A stretch of 63,784 bases of DNA, filler included, from an uncultured Clostridia bacterium (GTDB lineage: Bacteria; Aerophobota; Aerophobia; Aerophobales; B3-G15): assembly GCA_964482715.1 (NCBI GenBank). It is 3 parts of 3 records of this genome, joined end to end, with 100 filler letters (N's around TTAATTAATTAA, not from the genome) between each part and the next. Parts side by side here need not be neighbours in the genome. Positions count along the whole stretch, not along the records: positions 53,642 to 63,784 come from CAYZYX010000045.1; 2 more parts are not named here. One strand, 5' to 3'. Below, one piece after another: positions 61,560 through 63,784 of the stretch. Positions within the stretch are counted from its first letter, which is position 1. Each line of letters starts with the position of its first letter. Below the pieces are notes generated by a model that ran no database searches, was not told the DNA's origin, and saw nothing but the letters and a program-made list of their open reading frames with translations. A program made the translations under genes and the position numbers.

Positions 61560-61732
61560 AAAAAAATCTCATGTTTTTATTTAATTTAGCATACTTTTTC
61601 CAGTTGGGAAGAAGCAAAAAATTGAAATACGGAAGGATAGCCCATTATGGTAAAATAATAAAATAGCTAACAAACTCTCTGTCTATTTAAAAGGATCTGT
61701 TAGAATGGCTTCTTATTTTAACAACTTAAACC

Positions 61733-61852
61733 CTACTTAGCCAGGGTTTTTCTGCCTCTGAGCCTTCTTCTTTTTATCATGCGTCTTCCCGCTTTGGTTC
61801 GCATTCTTTTTCTAAAGCCGTGTCTTTTTTTCTTGCGAATCAGTCCTTTCAT
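61733..61852 (-). CDS. rpmH: 50S ribosomal protein L34 (missing from the ORF track)
   Basis: MKGLIRKKKRHGFRKRMRTKAGRRMIKRRRLRGRKTLAK; HGFR.RM.T..GR.....RR..GR..L signature. Confidence 0.9.
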   Translation of the reverse strand: MKGLIRKKKRHGFRKRMRTKAGRRMIKRRRLRGRKTLAK

Positions 61853-61929
61853 TTTCTCTTTTCCGAAGAGATTTTTTCAATAACAAGAAGAAATCAGTAG
61901 AGATCATAAATATTATATCTCATTATTGG

Positions 61930-62650
61930 TCACTTGCAAGTTAGTCTAAGAAGTGACCCATTTACCTTCATGGCAATTTTTGTAAGAGAGTTTTCAGGTT
62001 TTATCTTGATAGGTTTACCAATGACTACGGTAATTTTGTTGAAGGGCAGGGGAATAAAATGTTTATCCCATCGCCTGCGGAGAGTTATCCCTCTGTGAGC
62101 TTTTATGTTTAGAGGAATGATCGTGGCTTTTGTTTTTTTGGCAATATAAATCGCCCCTGGCTTGATTTGATAAGCTGGCCCCTGGGGACCGTCAATAGCG
62201 ATAAATCCAGAGTAACCTTCTTCAATCTTTTTAATAAGTTGCCAAATTGACCTTCCACCTTTAGAGGTTCTAACTATGTGGTAGTTAAACACAGTAGCAA
62301 GTTCAGCTATATAGTTTCCTCGAAAGGAGAAATGCACAAGCCCCACCGCTTTTTCTGGACGGAGAGAAACAAGAAGCAATGTATAACAACTATGCCAGAA
62401 AACAAAAATCACCTTTTGTTTCTCTTCTTTAATTTTTCTTAAATTTTCCTCACCGATGACAACGATTTTACTGGTTACAGCAACAAATAAAAGGGCTATC
62501 CAGACAAGTCGTATGGGGACTTTTATTATAACGTGATAATAAAGTATTTTTCGGAAGACTAATCTGTAAAGTAAACCGTAAATAACCAGATTTAAAAGAA
62601 GTTTTTTTCCAACCAGTTGATATATGATCTTTTCGCCAATAATTTCACCA
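61930..62650 (-). CDS. DUF374 / lysophospholipid acyltransferase-like protein, apparently frameshifted near 62485
   Basis: FVFWH, DGP.GP...KPG, WD.H.IPLPF motifs in 61930-62412; the hydrophobic N-terminal part lies in another frame. Confidence 0.65.
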
Positions 62651-62666
62651 CCCCCTGCGCGTGAGG

Positions 62667-62706
62667 AAAACGGTGGCTATTTTTAGCGATTCTTCAATAG
62701 CCACCG
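62667..62706 (-). terminator. Terminator-like hairpin after the RRM gene
   Basis: CGGTGGCTATT...AATAGCCACCG 11-bp stem followed by TTTT on the minus strand. Confidence 0.6.
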
Positions 62707-62740
62707 TACGTCACTTTATCAACTCACGTTCAAACAGAGA

Positions 62741-63013
62741 TCAATACTTTCGTGACCTGTCTTTTCTTTGCGGTCGAGCCTCATTAACGATAATCTGTCT
62801 GTCCTGGATTGTTTTTTTATTAAGAGTGTTAATCGCTTTACTCGCCTCTTCACTGGAACTAAGTTCGACGAAACCAAATCCTCTGGATCTACCCGTAGCC
62901 CGATCAGTAATTAGCTTAATTTCGATTACTGATTCAAATTCACTGAAAAGATCTTTAAGATCATCTTCAGTCACCTTGTAGGAAAGATTTCCTACGTAGA
63001 GCTTTGTACTCAT
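62741..63013 (-). CDS. RRM (RNP-1) RNA-binding protein
   Basis: LYVGNL (RNP2), RGFGFVE (RNP1), VNEARP. Confidence 0.95.
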   Translation of the reverse strand: MSTKLYVGNLSYKVTEDDLKDLFSEFESVIEIKLITDRATGRSRGFGFVELSSSEEASKAINTLNKKTIQDRQIIVNEARPQRKDRSRKY

Positions 63014-63194
63014 TTTTCCACCTTTTTTCTACCCTTTGTGGGTAGCGTATTTTTTCAAAAAATCACTACTTCTTTGGGATTTTTGGCTATCAGGATATGC
63101 TCTTTGAGACAGACTCGGTCAGGTGGGTCTTAGCAAAGTTAGCAGATAGTTCTGACCCCAAAAATCGTCTTTTTATCAAAGTTATAAAGCCCAA

Positions 63195-63271
63195 TGGCGG
63201 GGCCGACGGGACTCGAACCCGCGACCTCCAGATCGACAGTCTGGCATTCTGGCCAACTGAACTACGGCCCC
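63195..63271 (-). tRNA. tRNA-Asp(GTC)
   Basis: GGGGCCGTAGTTCAGTTGG...CCAGA-CTGTCGA-TCTGG...GGTTCGAGTCCC...GCCA. Confidence 0.96.
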
Positions 63272-63274
63272 TTC

Positions 63275-63350
63275 TGGTGGGCGGAGCAGGGCTTGAACCT
63301 GCGACCTCTGCCGCGTGAAGGCAGCGCTCTCCCAGCTGAGCTATCCGCCC
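63275..63350 (-). tRNA. tRNA-Val(CAC)
   Basis: GGGCGGATAGCTCAGCTGG...CTGCC-TTCACGC-GGCAG...GGTTCAAGCCC...ACCA. Confidence 0.96.
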
Positions 63351-63367
63351 ATCTTTTTGAAAATCCT

Positions 63368-63697
63368 TTATAGAACGGTATTAAGATCTACACCTGCCAT
63401 AACAAGGTGTGAGGCGAAGGTATGCCTTAAATCATGAAACCTAAAATTTTTTATCCCTGCTCGCTTTAACGCATGCCAGAAAGCTTTTTTCACATCACTA
63501 TAAGGTTTTCCGTCCTTATTACAAAATACATAGGGACTATTAGGGTGCTTTTTTACTTTGAGTAAAAAGTTAAATACTACTTGGTTCATAGGGATTTCTC
63601 TTTTCTCGTTATTCTTAGTGTTTACAATATATATAATTTTCTGACGAAAGTCAAGGTCATCCCATTTCAAATTCAAAATCTCACTTTTTCACATCCC
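63368..63697 (-). pseudogene. Tyrosine recombinase/integrase remnant
   Basis: GM*KSEILNLKW (box I Arg is a TGA), TKN, FHDLRHTFAS; stops before the LGH motif and catalytic Tyr. Confidence 0.88.
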
Positions 63698-63784
63698 TTG
63701 TTGAAAGACCAAGAAGATGTATCCGGGAGATAAGATGACCTATTTTCCTTTGTCTTCGTTTAAATCTTGGGATGATCCTACTTG

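Noticed and set aside
63097..63318. 73-aa plus-strand ORF
   Set aside because: Antisense shadow of the tRNA-Asp and tRNA-Val genes

Overview
This window is mostly housekeeping DNA from an AT-rich diderm bacterium (lptCABD, lpxI, tonB-exbBD). A RACo-type ASKHA ATPase and an Fe-S fumarase suggest an anaerobe; the lineage cannot be assigned without searches. It is three contigs joined by artificial N44-TTAATTAATTAA-N44 linkers (27487-27586, 53542-53641), so neighbourhoods across the gaps are not real. It contains dnaA with DnaA-box clusters on both sides (probable oriC), rpsO-pnp-hit-rpsU-fmt-htpX, metK, purD/purE, argH-[lysA-dapF fusion]-dapA, glnA, a sigma-E/anti-sigma/RseB-like cluster, ligA, four pseudopilins, tandem paaK-ACT pairs, a DUF4258/DUF2283 module and four tRNA genes (two truncated by gaps). 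Features missed by the ORF track include a 6S RNA that overlaps the likely fmt start, rpmH, a YHS protein, and katG, MFS and integrase remnants. The three strongest leads are: (1) a dispersed ~20-bp motif, three copies of which end exactly 10 nt upstream of a TTGACT -35 box; (2) the rpsU-6S-fmt overlap; (3) a structured RNA behind a sigma-E promoter. All calls come from reading the sequence and recalling motifs; no searches or folding programs were run.
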